Source of the DNA: Asterionella formosa
Taxonomy: Eukaryota
Assembly: GCA_002256025.1 (NCBI GenBank)
Contig: NKIB01014181.1
Span: 1-46,508 of the forward strand
Direction of reading: 5' to 3'
DNA length: 46,508 bases
The notes under the pieces are model-generated. The model made no database searches and was not told where the DNA came from. It saw only the letters and a list, made by a program, of their open reading frames with translations. The position numbers and the translations under genes are program-made. Positions 11,509 through 24,090 of this stretch are shown in pieces. The number at the start of each line of letters is the position of its first letter. Within the stretch, counting starts at the first letter, position 1.

Positions 11509-12283
11509 AGTTGAGAACGCAGTATTGGCAGGAATGCGTTACTTAGATTTGATGATTCTGCTGCTATTTTGGTATCTTGTTTTTGTGCGTGCTATGCACA
11601 TGAAGGGTGAATGTCGTTATTGAAATACCCCGTTCACATTGTGATGAATGAAACANNNNNNNNNNNNNNNNNNNNNNNNNNNNNNNNNNNNNNNNNNNNN
11701 NNNNNNNNNNNNNNNNNNNNNNNNNNNNNNNNNNNNNNNNNNNNNNNNNNNNNNNNNNNNNNNNNNNNNNNNNNNNNNNNNNNNNNNNNNNNNNNNNNNN
11801 NNNNNNNNNNNNNNNNNNNNNNNNNNNNNNNNNNNNNNNNNNNNNNNNNNNNNNNNNNNNNNNNNNNNNNNNNNNNNNNNNNNNNNNNNNNNNNNNNNNN
11901 NNNNNNNNNNNNNNNNNNNNNNNNNNNNNNNNNNNNNNNNNNNNNNNNNNNNNNNNNNNNNNNNNNNNNNNNNNNNNNNNNNNNNNNNNNNNNNNNNNNN
12001 NNNNNNNNNNNNNNNNNNNNNNNNNNNNNNNNNNNNNNNNNNNNNNNNNNNNNNNNNNNNNNNNNNNNNNNNNNNNNNNNNNNNNNNNNNNNNNNNNNNN
12101 NNNNNNNNNNNNNNNNNNNNNNNNNNNNNNNNNNNNNNNNNNNNNNNNNNNNNNNNNNNNNNNNNNNNNNNNNNNNNNNNNNNNNNNNNNNNNNNNNNNN
12201 NNNNNNNNNNNNNNNNNNNNNNNNNNNNNNNNNNNNNNNNNNNNNNNNNNNNNNNTTTAACGCAGTCCCCAAATTCCTTGTAA

Positions 12284-13801
12284 TCAAAAAGGCAACGATC
12301 TCCCGCCAGCCTCAGACAGGTCGTTTATCAAAATCACTTTTCGTTGTTCACCATACTGTTCGTTCAAGTAGATAGCTTTCAAGGCACTCTCGGCTTTTTT
12401 AAGTCTACTAGAATATTCCTGGCAGCCGTGGTTGGCAGCGTAACTAGTCTGGCAAGTACAAACAAAGGGTGCATAGACGACCGCAGTAAAGATATTTTTG
12501 AAAAGTACACCACAGTCTGAAAAAAATAGCCGAACGGGGTGGTTATAATGTCGCGGGTACGTAATCAATGCAGTCCTTTCACGATGCAAGTGACTTGTAA
12601 GGCCCACGTGTCGATAGATCTTATTCGGGAGGCAACTGATGTACATGCAACTCATATTGGCAGTGGCAGGAATTTCTGGAATCAAATCGTCATCATTGAC
12701 GACACGAAAGCATCGAACTCGGCGACTTTTCTCGAGGTTCTGATGTGTAGGTGATGGCGTGTAAGTAATAAGGACGAGTGAGTTGATATGGGAGAGGTAA
12801 TAAACAAACCTACCTTAAATACCCGACCAAAGCTCAGATTTCCCACCCTTGGACTAGCAAAAGTGATGCACGTGACAGGCTTTTTAATTCTAGGATCTTT
12901 CGATGCTCCTGCTTCCATCGCGAACAAAGTTGCAAGTGCACCCCCCAGCGAATGACCAGTCGTATAAAGATGATAATCAGGGTATTCTTCAAAAAGTTTT
13001 GCTACCCTTGAAAGCATGTGAGCAATAAGCGGTTGTTTTTCAAGCACCCCCTCTTCGTTTTCAGTTTCAACAACTGGATCGTATAGATACTCCTTGAACC
13101 CGTGATGAACATGAATGAAGTCGCCGCCGCTTCGTTGTTCACCTGCGAGCGGATTTGCAATTTTAGCTAGAGCGGTTTTCCAATCACACAGGAAGTCTTT
13201 GGTCGTTACGCTTCCTCGAAATCCAATAGTGATCCTTTTTGTAGCATGGTTGATTGAATTGACATACACAGGGCCACCAAACTTCCCCGCAACTTGGTCC
13301 TCAACATGTAATAACTCAAAAACACGATTGTTTCCAGTGGCTTCAACGAGGCGTCTGAACTGCTCCGAGACTTCTGTCAACATAGAAGCGTATAGGTCAT
13401 ATCCTGGATTCGTTTTGCGATTTGCCAACAACTCAAGAGTCTTTGAAAGAGCTTCTGACAAATCTTGGAGTTCCGTCGGAAATTGGCAAAGTGCCTTCAC
13501 GATCTGTTCATCAGTTAGCTGGCCATCTTTGATCAGTTTCCTTACGTCGCCAGCCCAGTAGCAAAAAATTGACACTGCAAGCGAATCGAGAACGACTTTG
13601 TTAGAATGAAACACAACTCTAAGTGTCAGAGCAACAGATCGCCAAGAACGTACTTTGAAGCATGTCGCTGGTCTCTTGGTAGAGAGTAGGCCAGTGATCA
13701 TTTTCCAACGGGTGATGCGGTCTATGAATCTCTGCAGTGTGTTCGCGGATGATTGTCGAGGCGCGGACGTTGGTCGTTGAGGAGCGGCGGGACTTGACCA
13801 T
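12284..13801 (-). CDS. Class-3 (fungal-type) lipase, paralogue A; exons 13801..13654, 13574..12814, 12739..12284
   Basis: Motifs FRGS, VHHGF, TGHSLGGALA, TFASPRVGN, DDLIPEIP and NHGC. Both GT-AG introns keep the frame. Confidence 0.9.
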
Positions 13802-13909
13802 GGTTAAGGATGCATCGAGTAGGTGATATGAAAAATAGTGTTCACCCTCCTTCCGGTATCTTTTCAGGCGGACTTTGTGCTCGGGTCTGAGGGTTGATGG
13901 AAACACCTT

Positions 13910-13949
13910 GCAAGTTGGGGTAATTTTGCTGAAACTAAAGATTTAGCTA
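13910..13949. repeat. Partial copy (one arm) of the GCAAGTTGCGGT inverted-repeat element
   Basis: GCAAGTTGGGGTAATTTTGCTGAAACTAAAGATTTAGCTA is nearly identical to the reverse complement of 25691..25729. Confidence 0.75.
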
Positions 13950-14000
13950 CCGGTAGCGAATCCCGCTCATAAACAAACACCCCTATATAGAGTTAGGGTT

Positions 14001-14040
14001 ACATAGATTCAGAACTCTATACATAGATTCAGAACTCTAT
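14001..14040. repeat. Perfect 20-bp tandem duplication
   Basis: ACATAGATTCAGAACTCTAT occurs twice in tandem. Confidence 0.95.
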
Positions 14041-15837
14041 CAGGAGAGAACTCGACTAAAACCTATTGAATATTTTGTTACTGGTAGCTACGTAGTTTCA
14101 AGCTAACGTTATCGAGAACGAGACAACAAGGATTAACTATGTACCGGTCAGCAATAAGCTCATATATTCAACAAATACCACTACCAGGTGGTAGATACTT
14201 CCAGTCTACCGGTAGTTGGATACTTCATAGCATTTGAACCCCTAGCTCGAGGTAGGGTTTAAAAAAATATTGAGTCAGACTAATCAAAGTCGTACGTTTA
14301 CGTCTAAAATAAATATTAGTACTGGTAGGAAAATCAAATTGTAAAGTATGTTAAAACTAAACTAATAAACGCACTTGTGCCTGGATAGACATGGCAGGGG
14401 GGAATATGCACCCAAGGATGACATTCCTCCAACCATTCCCTTTGGATTGTGTTTGTGACTTTGATTGTCTTGCTTCATTGTTGATGCAATTGCCCACTGC
14501 CTTGGGTTGTCTTGAGTTTTTCATTGTGTGGTTAGTTGGGTCATATGGTGCTGATGACTGCTGTGCTATCTGTGCTACAATATCATTTGCAGAGTTTTTT
14601 GTATTCCATTCATTGTCACTTTTGTCGAGTACCAGGTTCTCCATACCAGGGAACCGAGAAAGGTTGAACAATGCTGCAAGCCAATTATTTCGGTTTCATG
14701 CCAAAACACAATGAACTTCATCACTCCAAGGACATGACAAACAGTGATGCATAAGGACCATTTTTCTTTGAACCATCTCTTCTCAACATACATATGACAT
14801 AGGATCATAGTANNNNNNNNNNNNNNNNNNNNNNNNNNNNNNNNNNNNNNNNNNNNNNNNNNNNNNNNNNNNNNNNNNNNNNNNNNNNNNNNNNNNNNNN
14901 NNNNNNNNNNNNNNNNNNNNNNNNNNNNNNNNNNNNNNNNNNNNNNNNNNNNNNNNNNNNNNNNNNNNNNNNNNNNNNNNNNNNNNNNNNNNNNNNNNNN
15001 NNNNNNNNNNNNNNNNNNNNNNNNNNNNNNNNNNNNNNNNNNNNNNNNNNNNNNNNNNNNNNNNNNNNNNNNNNNNNNNNNNNNNNNNNNNNNNNNNNNN
15101 NNNNNNNNNNNNNNNNNNNNNNNNNNNNNNNNNNNNNNNNNNNNNNNNNNNNNNNNNNNNNNNNNNNNNNNNNNNNNNNNNNNNNNNNNNNNNNNNNNNN
15201 NNNNNNNNNNNNNNNNNNNNNNNNNNNNNNNNNNNNNNGTGTGTATGTGAAATTGGTTTCGAATAATCTATTTTGATGCTTATAATTTAATCAGCAAATT
15301 GAGAGTTTGTGCTAACATGTGAGTAACAATTTCAACGGAAATTTTTTGAGCAAGCCGATCCTAACATAAAAACATGGAGGAATGTTATCTACGTAATCCG
15401 TCATAGAAATAAAAAGCTACTCGGCACTTGAGTTGATGCAAATCGCCGGAACTGCCCTATTCTCCCTCAGAGGGAGGACCATCTTTCGTACTGCAAGCTA
15501 TACGAACGTCAGCCACGACGGTTTCTACATCTAGGGCGTCAGTATGTCGACCGTAATGGGCAATCCTGTATACGGGTAAATATTCATGATCCGCAAAAGT
15601 AATTAACAATAGTATCGGAATACCGATATATCGGTATTCGGGCACGGAGTACTCAGAACTAATTTTCTTTATCATACTCCGATTTGTAAAATTTTCATGA
15701 TTTTGCATTCATGGTATTTCTTTGTGTTCAATTTTTGTTTTGGCAGTTCTGTTTGATGGCTGAGTTCTCAATGGTCATTTTGCATTCGCCTTCTCGTCAT
15801 CGACCTGATAATAAATTGAAGCCCATGAGTGTGCACA

Positions 15838-17348
15838 ATGAGCGCCTCCTGCTCATCCTCCACAATCAAACGAGAGCACACAGGAGAGATTCCCTTTTTC
15901 CATCTTCATCTGCACCCATTGGGAAACGAGTACTGGCCATGTCTGTTTGATGAAATCATAGATATGCTCGATAGTAAGTTTAACACCGCGCACAAGGTCC
16001 TCTCGTGTTTTTAAATACTGACAGCTGTTTTATTCAAAGTGTCGATGCTCTGCTATTGGGTGGGTGACTTACGGAAATTGGTAAAGGAAAAGAAGCTGAC
16101 TGACGAAGCCACTGTAAATGCTCTTTTCCAAATGCCATCAACTTTCAATGATTTGTCAGGCGCTCTTGAAAAGAATCATGACTTCCTGTCGATTCATCAG
16201 AAAAGAAAACAAGTGTTCAATTTCTACGCAAACACCCTGAAAGAGCTATCGAAGCGATACAGCGAAATAAGTGCAAACGCGTCGAACCACAAACTTGTTG
16301 AGCTGCTGCATTTCGAGGACGAGATCGAGGGGAAATTTGGTGGTCCTGTATATGCCTTTTCAATTAACCATGTTCGCAAAAGGATATGTATTGGATTTCG
16401 AGGCAGCAAAACTGCAAAAGACTTTATGTGCGATTGGAAGACCGCTCTCTCGAATATTCCAAACCCGCTCGAGGATGAGGCAAGAAGTGGCGGGGACTTT
16501 ATTCAGGTGCATCATGGATTTAAGGAATACCTCTACGATCTATCCTTGGAGTCAGAAAATAGCGAGGGCGTATTAGAAAGGCAGTCACTTATCTCGCACT
16601 TGTTGACAGAAGTTGCCAAGGTTTTTGAAGAATATCCAGATTATCGTTTGTATACAACAGGGCACTCGCTAGGTGCCGCTCTTGCTACACTCTTCGCGAT
16701 GGAAGCTGGAGCTTCGAAAGACCCTAGGATCAGAAAACCAGTCACGTGCATCACATTTGCAAGTCCAAGGGTGGGAAACTTAAGCTTTGCACGGACTTTC
16801 AAGGTACGTTTGTTGAGTACTGATTAACAACATGGCAATTGAACACCAAGCGTAACGCATTGTCATTATGCTAGAAACTAGAGAAAAGTCGACGGGTACG
16901 ATGCGTGCGAATATTGAATGATGGCGATCTAATTCCAGAAATTCCTGCTACGGCGCATGTAAATTGCTTGCTTGTCACTTGCTGCCAGGGAAAGGTCTAC
17001 CGACACGTTGGAATATCGTGTCAGCTGCATAGCGACAACGAGCCTTTGATCACTTACCCGCTATATTATAATCACCCTGTTCGGCTGTTCCTTTCGGACT
17101 CTCGTGTTCAGATGCGAAGAATATCTAGAACGATATACGAGGCACCCCTTATTTTCGCTCGACGTACGAACCTTGCTTCCAATCACAGCTGCAAGCAATA
17201 CTATAAACGGTTACGACAAGCTGAAGATTGCTTGAAAAAGTTGCACTTGAACGAAGTCTACGGCGACCTGTACAGGGCAATGGCGATGGATATGCTGTCT
17301 GAGGCAAGTTCAAAAACTTGTATTGATGATTCTCGCGTGGGGACATGA
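15838..17348 (+). CDS. Class-3 lipase, paralogue B; exons 15838..15973, 16040..16803, 16875..17348
   Basis: Motifs TGHSLGAALA, TFASPRVGN, DGDLIPEIP and NHSC. Its introns have the same positions and phases as paralogue A. Confidence 0.9.
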
Positions 17349-17804
17349 GTAAGTTAGACCGTAGATTTGTTCAAAACTATGGAGGTTGTTATTTTAAGTT
17401 TAGCTTGGGATACAACCCCGACGACTCTAAAAAGTACAGCTTCCCATTTCTTTATACTTCTCTCTTATAATTCTTTCATGGGCAGGTGCGTCATCTGGTA
17501 TGCCTGTTGTGTATTCATCCCTCGCCTATGACATGCATGTTTTATGCATAGATTTTAGAATCCAATTCCTGGTGTAGACTAGTATAAATCTAGCTTCACA
17601 GAGAAAGAGGAGCAGTCCTTTAGACTTTGGGTAGTTGCAGGGACGATTCCCAACATCCATGACAACAAAGAAGCATGCATGGGGGTATTGTCATCTCTTT
17701 CCTCAATGATTCCTGACATGAGCCACTTGTTCGAGGCATCATCATGGCAACCGACGACACAAAAAGGCACCGATGATGAATTCTGCACTGCCCAGTTATT
17801 CCTG

Positions 17805-18638
17805 CTACTTACGGAAAGCGCGAATAGTGAAATTAATTCGCTTGGAAGTGGGGGGATCCATCGTTTTTCTTCGTGGTGGAATTTCATGGCGGTGGGTGGC
17901 TTGGCAAGTTCCTCCCATGACCAAGAGATCTCCATCCTTCAGCCACAATTCTATGACCTTCGATTTATCACTCCTTTCCCTGAGGAGAAATCTCCTAGTT
18001 CCTCCCCAAGAGAGACTAAATATAGGAAAATCTGACCTCATCGATTTCTCGTCATCAGCATGAAGCCCAATGCTATCATCAATATCATACCAATTCTGTA
18101 AGCAGCCATTGAATGGTATCTTGTCGTTGTTGTCAATCAATCCAGCAATGAGGTTGTTGCACTTTTCAACGAGAGCAGTAATTGTGTCGCTGTCGGCAAG
18201 AGGCTTGGCAATATTTGTTGCACCACTGTAGCGATAACTAACGCCCCATGATTGACTCCATCGTTTTTCTTGTACATCGCGCCCGTAAATCTTCAAATGA
18301 TGTCGTTGGCTGGGATGAAGATCCCATTCATCTGCAAACTCTTCTTTTGTCGAAGGTTGCCAAAGCTCTTTCAGTATATACCACGACTTGCCATCATTAG
18401 TCAAATAGGTGGGTTTGGTCTCAAGTCGATCTGCGAGAGACTCAGCAACGTCATTCACAATTACTTTTCGCCGGCTCGTTGCCACGAAGAAGTCTGTTAG
18501 GGCAGTCCGAGGTCTCTTAATTCCTATTGTCATTGTAAAGGAAAATGCTACCGGGAAGCAAGTAAGGCGAAGGAGAGAGAGAGCCAGAAAGGTTTTGACA
18601 ATGACGACGGTGTTTAGCTTACTGTACAATCCAATCAT
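17805..18638 (-). CDS. AlkB-family (ALKBH2/3-like) 2OG-Fe(II) dioxygenase
   Basis: Motifs YRYSG, FNGCLQNWY, IGLHADDE, SLSWGGTRRF, HRHEIP and RINFTIR. The first in-frame ATG is at 18638 and a second is at 18533. Confidence 0.9.
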   Translation of the reverse strand: MIGLYSKLNTVVIVKTFLALSLLRLTCFPVAFSFTMTIGIKRPRTALTDFFVATSRRKVIVNDVAESLADRLETKPTYLTNDGKSWYILKELWQPSTKEEFADEWDLHPSQRHHLKIYGRDVQEKRWSQSWGVSYRYSGATNIAKPLADSDTITALVEKCNNLIAGLIDNNDKIPFNGCLQNWYDIDDSIGLHADDEKSMRSDFPIFSLSWGGTRRFLLRERSDKSKVIELWLKDGDLLVMGGTCQATHRHEIPPRRKTMDPPTSKRINFTIRAFRK

Positions 18639-20147
18639 CGACTGGGATAATTGTGCAACTTTCTTCTTGACAATGATAGGGTAGGTACTGTTGAAGCCGA
18701 ATTTTGCCAAAGTGCGTGCATGAAAGTAGCAAGGGATATTTGAATGTACATGTGCACCAGGAAGTCATGTTGGTCATTTTATATTGAGGATATCAAGTAC
18801 AAATGTCCACAGGTTGCCCAAAGCTGCAAGGCAAAATAGTGGAGATTGTTGCTCATCTTGGCCTGTATGAGTGATTCCAACATGTCAACCAGAAGAACAA
18901 TATGAAGATAGCAGATATCAATTTTTGACAAGTTGCCTACTATTCAAAAATGTACAAAGTGGGAGTTGCTCAATCTCCAGTGCCCAAGTGTGGACACAAG
19001 GATAAGTGATCATGTGAGGAACTAGTGAATATTTCATATTTCCCCCACTGGTATTTGACTCAAGCTGCAACTGCAAACAACGAAATGATGAGTCATAGCA
19101 TTTATCATGTTGATGAGGCAACAGATATCTCATTGAAGCTCTCACTATATGACTAGTGATCACATTGGCATTGACTGTGGAGATCAGCTTGTTCTATTTT
19201 CAGTATCACTTAGTGATTTCAGAACACATGTGGTGCTGAGCTGCATGTTTCATTCCTTGTGCCAGAATGCAGGTAGCTGATTGATAGCATTATGTAGTCT
19301 TTATTAAGTGTTTCTGTATTTGCTGGATACCACTTTTGAGTTTTGATGATGTGTCATTGTATGCAAGCTACATTGGGATTCCCCAACAGGCAATCAAATT
19401 ATCATGCACAGACCTGATGTATTCAGTTGCATTGATGTCATGATTTCGAAAGTACGCCACAGGAGGGTCATATCCAAGAAGTGCTTTGTATCATAAATAT
19501 CTTTTAAGGGGCATTGCAGTCACAGTTAGTGCTTGATCATGCATAACCTGATTGTACATTGGCTGTTTGGTAAGGTAGTGCCAATTGGAAGGAGCCCTAT
19601 CGAAATGCAGCTGAGTTGATCTCACCCTGGACACAATAGCAACTAGGGATGTGCAAATCATTGTATTCTATGATGCTGCACATCAGGCAACTTGTTTGGC
19701 AACTGATGATGAGCGAATGCAGCATTCAAATCGTTACTCGACCAGACTGAATGGCACTGGGTACTCTAGAGTATAGTCTTTTATATATACAAAGTGAATT
19801 CTGGGCCAATCTATGAAATGTTCCCTGAGCCTGTTTTCACTTCTTCACTACTCCTGTAATTCCTCTAGTTTTTACAAAGTACTTGGCGTGCAACTCTAGG
19901 AATAACCCAAAGTATTGGGACTTGCATGTCGCATTCAAAATAATAGAAATTAAAACCATTTGATAGCAAAGATTGTAGAGTCTCACATATTAACAGTTTA
20001 AGATTGATTCAATAATAGACCCAGGAGCTTGCATGCGAAATACTGTGAGTTTTTGTTGTTGCAAACATACAGATAAGAATCAACCCTTCAACTTATCATC
20101 AAAGGGTTGAGAGTCCAAAATAGTAAGCTCCTTTGCCCATGTGCCAG

Positions 20148-21640
20148 TCATCCCAGAATCACATCCCTTATGACAGCTTCCGCCAATTTTATCAAACGCA
20201 GATCTTCGTTATGCTTCCCGTAGATTCGATTCAAGTGCATCCTCTTCAAATGGGTTTCAGCATGTTGAAGACGTTCAAAGTATTCCTTACAACCATGGTT
20301 GGAAGCAAAGTTTGTCTGACATGTACAAGCTAAGGGGGCCCACCGACTTAGTGAGAAGAAGTACATCATCTGGTCCCCTACGTCCGAAAAGAAGAGTCGA
20401 AACGGGTGGGAGATGTGTCGTGGGTATGTAATCAATGGATGCTTTCCCCCTCTGCGTAATGTGCACATTGCTCCAACATGTCGATATAGTTGGCTTTGGC
20501 AGCAGCTGAGGTAAATGCAATTCACACCTGCGGTAGCCGGGATTCCAGGAATCATATCATCATCATTGACTAACTGAATGCAGCGAACTCGTCTGCTTTC
20601 CTCGAGTTTCTGTGTTGAATAATACAGTTACAAGTGAACGTGATAGTTTTGATGACTTGTTGTGAATCGAACGATCATAGAGCACTTACATTAAATACCT
20701 TGGCAAAGCTCACATTTCCGACCCTAGGACTGGCGATTGATATGCATGTAACAGGCTTTGGAATTCTAGGATCATTGGAAGCTCCAGCTTCCATCGCGAA
20801 TAATGTGGCAAGGGCACCTCCAAGCGAATGTCCAGTGGTATAAAGTTGATACCCTGGATAGTTTTCAAGAAGATTGGCCACCTCTGTTACCATGTCGACG
20901 ATTAGTGGTTTCTTTTCACGGACTCCGTCACCAATATTTGTTTCAACAAGAGGATCGTATAAGTAAGCTTTGAACCCATGATGCACCTGAATGAATTCAC
21001 CGCCGCTCATTGGTTCTCCCGCGATTGGATTCGGAATCTTTGCAAGTGAAGTTTTCCAATCACAAATGAAGTCTTTGGTCGTTACACTTCCCCGAAATGC
21101 AACAGTGACTCGTTTCGTCTGATGGCTAATTGTGAAAACAAAGACAGGGCCACCAAATTTCCCCTCGTGTTCGTCATCAACACGAAGAAGGTGGAACCCC
21201 TCGCGGCTTAATTTTTTTTCATCTTTCCCGAACGTGTTAAAATATAAATCAAAGGAAGAGTCGTTCTTCTGGGAAGACAAGAAATCTCGATTCTGTTTCA
21301 GAGCGCCTAATAACTCTAAATGACTCGATGGCAATTGGAAAAGTGCATTCTCCGTTTCTTCACATGCAAGCTTCTCGTCTTTTAGCTTCTTCCTTACGTC
21401 TCCTACCCAGTAAGTGAAAATTGACACTGCCAACATGTACAGAGTGTACCAGGTCTTCGTTAGAAAATGTCAAAATTTTACCTTGCAAACCTCAGCCTTT
21501 GGAAAAGTCTAACAGGACTTACTGTCAAGCATGTCGCTGACCTCGTCGAATACACATGGCCGATCAACCTTTTCCTCTTTATTTAACCCAAAGGAAGCCT
21601 TTGCTGACGCCTCACACTTGACTTCTGGGGAATTGGCCAT
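20148..21640 (-). CDS. Class-3 lipase, paralogue C; exons 21640..21523, 21426..20690, 20609..20148
   Basis: Motifs TGHSLGGALA, SIASPRVGN, DDMIPGIP and NHGC. It has the same two intron positions as A and B. Confidence 0.9.
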
Positions 21641-22140
21641 TGTTTGAAACAAAGTATNNNNNNNNNNNNNNNNNNNNNNNNNNNNNNNNNNNNNNNNNNN
21701 NNNNNNNNNNNNNNNNNNNNNNNNNNNNNNNNNNNNNNNNNNNNNNNNNNNNNNNNNNNNNNNNNNNNNNNNNNNNNNNNNNNNNNNNNNNNNNNNNNNN
21801 NNNNNNNNNNNNNNNNNNNNNNNNNNNNNNNNNNNNNNNNNNNNNNNNNNNNNNNNNNNNNNNNNNNNNNNNNNNNNNNNNNNNNNNNNNNNNNNNNNNN
21901 NNNNNNNNNNNNNNNNNNNNNNNNNNNNNNNNNNNNNNNNNNNNNNNNNNNNNNNNNNNNNNNNNNNNNNNNNNNNNNNNNNNNNNNNNNNNNNNNNNNN
22001 NNNNNNNNNNNNNNNNNNNNNNNNNNNNNNNNNNNNNNNNNNNNNNNNNNNNNNNNNNNNNNNNNNTCTATGAGTTCCCATGATTCGAATGTCCACTTGA
22101 ATATTTGAATTAAATCAGTATCAGAGCACCAGTTCTAAAT

Positions 22141-22341
22141 GGCTTTGAGCCATGTTATTTTATCATTTTCCAACTAATTCTAGAATTATCCTAATTGTCT
22201 ATCACCTCTTTCACCCTTTGCCATGATATTAGTTAGTTCATTAAGCTACATGAGAATTCGATCATTTTTTTATTTGAACACTTATAAACCTAGATCTATC
22301 CATTTTAAAAGTGACAAAAATGGTTGAAGTGGCTCAAAGCC
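22141..22341. mobile_element. MITE, PIF/Harbinger (Tourist)-like, 201 bp
   Basis: Perfect 12-bp TIRs GGCTTTGAGCCA / TGGCTCAAAGCC, an AT-rich non-coding interior, and a flanking 3-bp direct repeat AAT at 22138..22140 and 22342..22344. Confidence 0.7.
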
Positions 22342-22920
22342 AATGATTAAAATTTTACCATACAAGCTACAGTGAATGCCATGGCTAAAGTTCTTGAGTG
22401 ATATGTCCAGATTTGTATTTACACTCATCAAGCAATTTAAATTTTGTGCCCCTCTCTTGCTTGTTCTTCCAAAAAATCATATGAACAAAGGGCAGAGCAG
22501 CCAAAAGAAGGCCAGAACACTCCTCGGCGCTCATACATTTCTCGTTAGTGTTGAACGAGCTGTTCGGCTTGTTGTGGAAATCCAAAACGTGCGCATGAAT
22601 CAAAAATTCTGAGGCAGCGCAGCATCATTTATAAACTACCGGTAACGGTATGGGAGACTAAAATTATGTACATACTGGTGTAGTAAAAATATGTAATATA
22701 CAGTCATCAACCACATGATCTGACTTTTATTCTTCGTCCCACTATTATAAGTTGTCAGTTATTTATCAAAAGAACTACCGGTAGATTGTTATCTTCGTAG
22801 CTTTGGCCTCTCTGATTTACCTGTCCACTGTGTTCATGGCTACAGTCTCGGCTGGTTCATCTGCAAGTATAGCTATTGTCTGTATATCTTAGATCGGACT
22901 GCGAAAGGACTCCGAAGAAA

Positions 22921-24090
22921 ATGCAGGCTTCTCGAGTGCTGCGTTCAGCTATTAGCACGAAAGGGTTTCTGATTCCCCCACGAACGTCTTGGGACCTCTT
23001 TGCTTCTGCCGGAAGCGCAGTTCTATCCCTAATCTCTTCTCAAGAAAGCAGAAAAGAGTATGATAATTTCTTACAAAAGGGAATGATCCAGCAGGATGTG
23101 CTTGGACGAGCTGGGCAGCCGATGGGCACGGCCATGATTCTCGCTTTGTACAACGATCTGCACTCTCCTGTACTGCAAAAGTATGGTTTCGATACAGGGG
23201 AATTTTTGGAGGGTGTGAAGCCGGCCTTAGAACAGTTTCACAACATCCATTGTAATTTGATGAATTCGATGCACGAAGAATCGGCGAAAATCGACGAAGA
23301 CGACACGGAGCCAACGGAAGAAGAGGAACTCTCGTTCGAAAATTTAAAAAAGGATCGTCAAAATGCCGTCATGGCCGCCATGGTTGGCTTGACTCACGAC
23401 AATAAGTTGCTCCGGAGATTTCTCAAGGTACAGAAAAATAACTGGAACAAGGTAGCGGAGGATGATCCTGATTCCATTGCGGGCCAACTGAAACGTATGG
23501 TGACCTCTGAATTCTTCAGCGAGTTGCAACGAACTGCTCAAATGAAACAAATTATCGAGGAGTCTCTGAACAATGTAGTTACATATGACAATGAAAGTGC
23601 TGAAGTGAGCAATGTAAGTTATGGTTGTGCCCCCTTTGCCTTCAATAACCCAAAACGTGTCCTAACGTGTAGGTGATAGCTCGCTTTGTTAAGTGCGCGC
23701 ACCATGGTGATTGACTTTAATGATTCACACAAGCAAGAAATTGATGTAGAAAGACTCAAAGACGAAGAGTTGTCGGTTGCTGACCAAGACGTAGACGATC
23801 GTCAACGAGAGCTTGGACAAAAAATCGGGGGTATTTGGGATAATCTTCCAGTTGCCGCCCAAGTCGAGGTTTTGTACGAAATCAAGAAAACACTGACGAT
23901 CAACAACAGTACGAAGGAGGAAGACAGTGAAAGTAGTGAAGACACTATGACAACAAGAACAGATGTGAGCGTGTTGGTTGCTGTGCTGGAGGGCTGGCTC
24001 AATGGTGACCCAGCAGGCAATGGGGAGCTTCAATGGAGATTAGTATCCAGCCGATATCCGTGGGAATTCGCTTCAATGAGCAACTACTAG
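22921..24090 (+). CDS. Hypothetical protein, probably mitochondrial; exons 22921..23613 and 23680..24090
   Basis: A GTAAGT donor at 23614 and a TAG acceptor ending at 23679 join the two ORFs in phase 0. The N-terminus MQASRVLRSAISTK is presequence-like. Confidence 0.7.

Noticed and set aside
14357..14714. Overlapping ~105-aa ORFs on both strands
   Set aside because: No recognisable motif, and they lie in a CpG-depleted relic-like tract.
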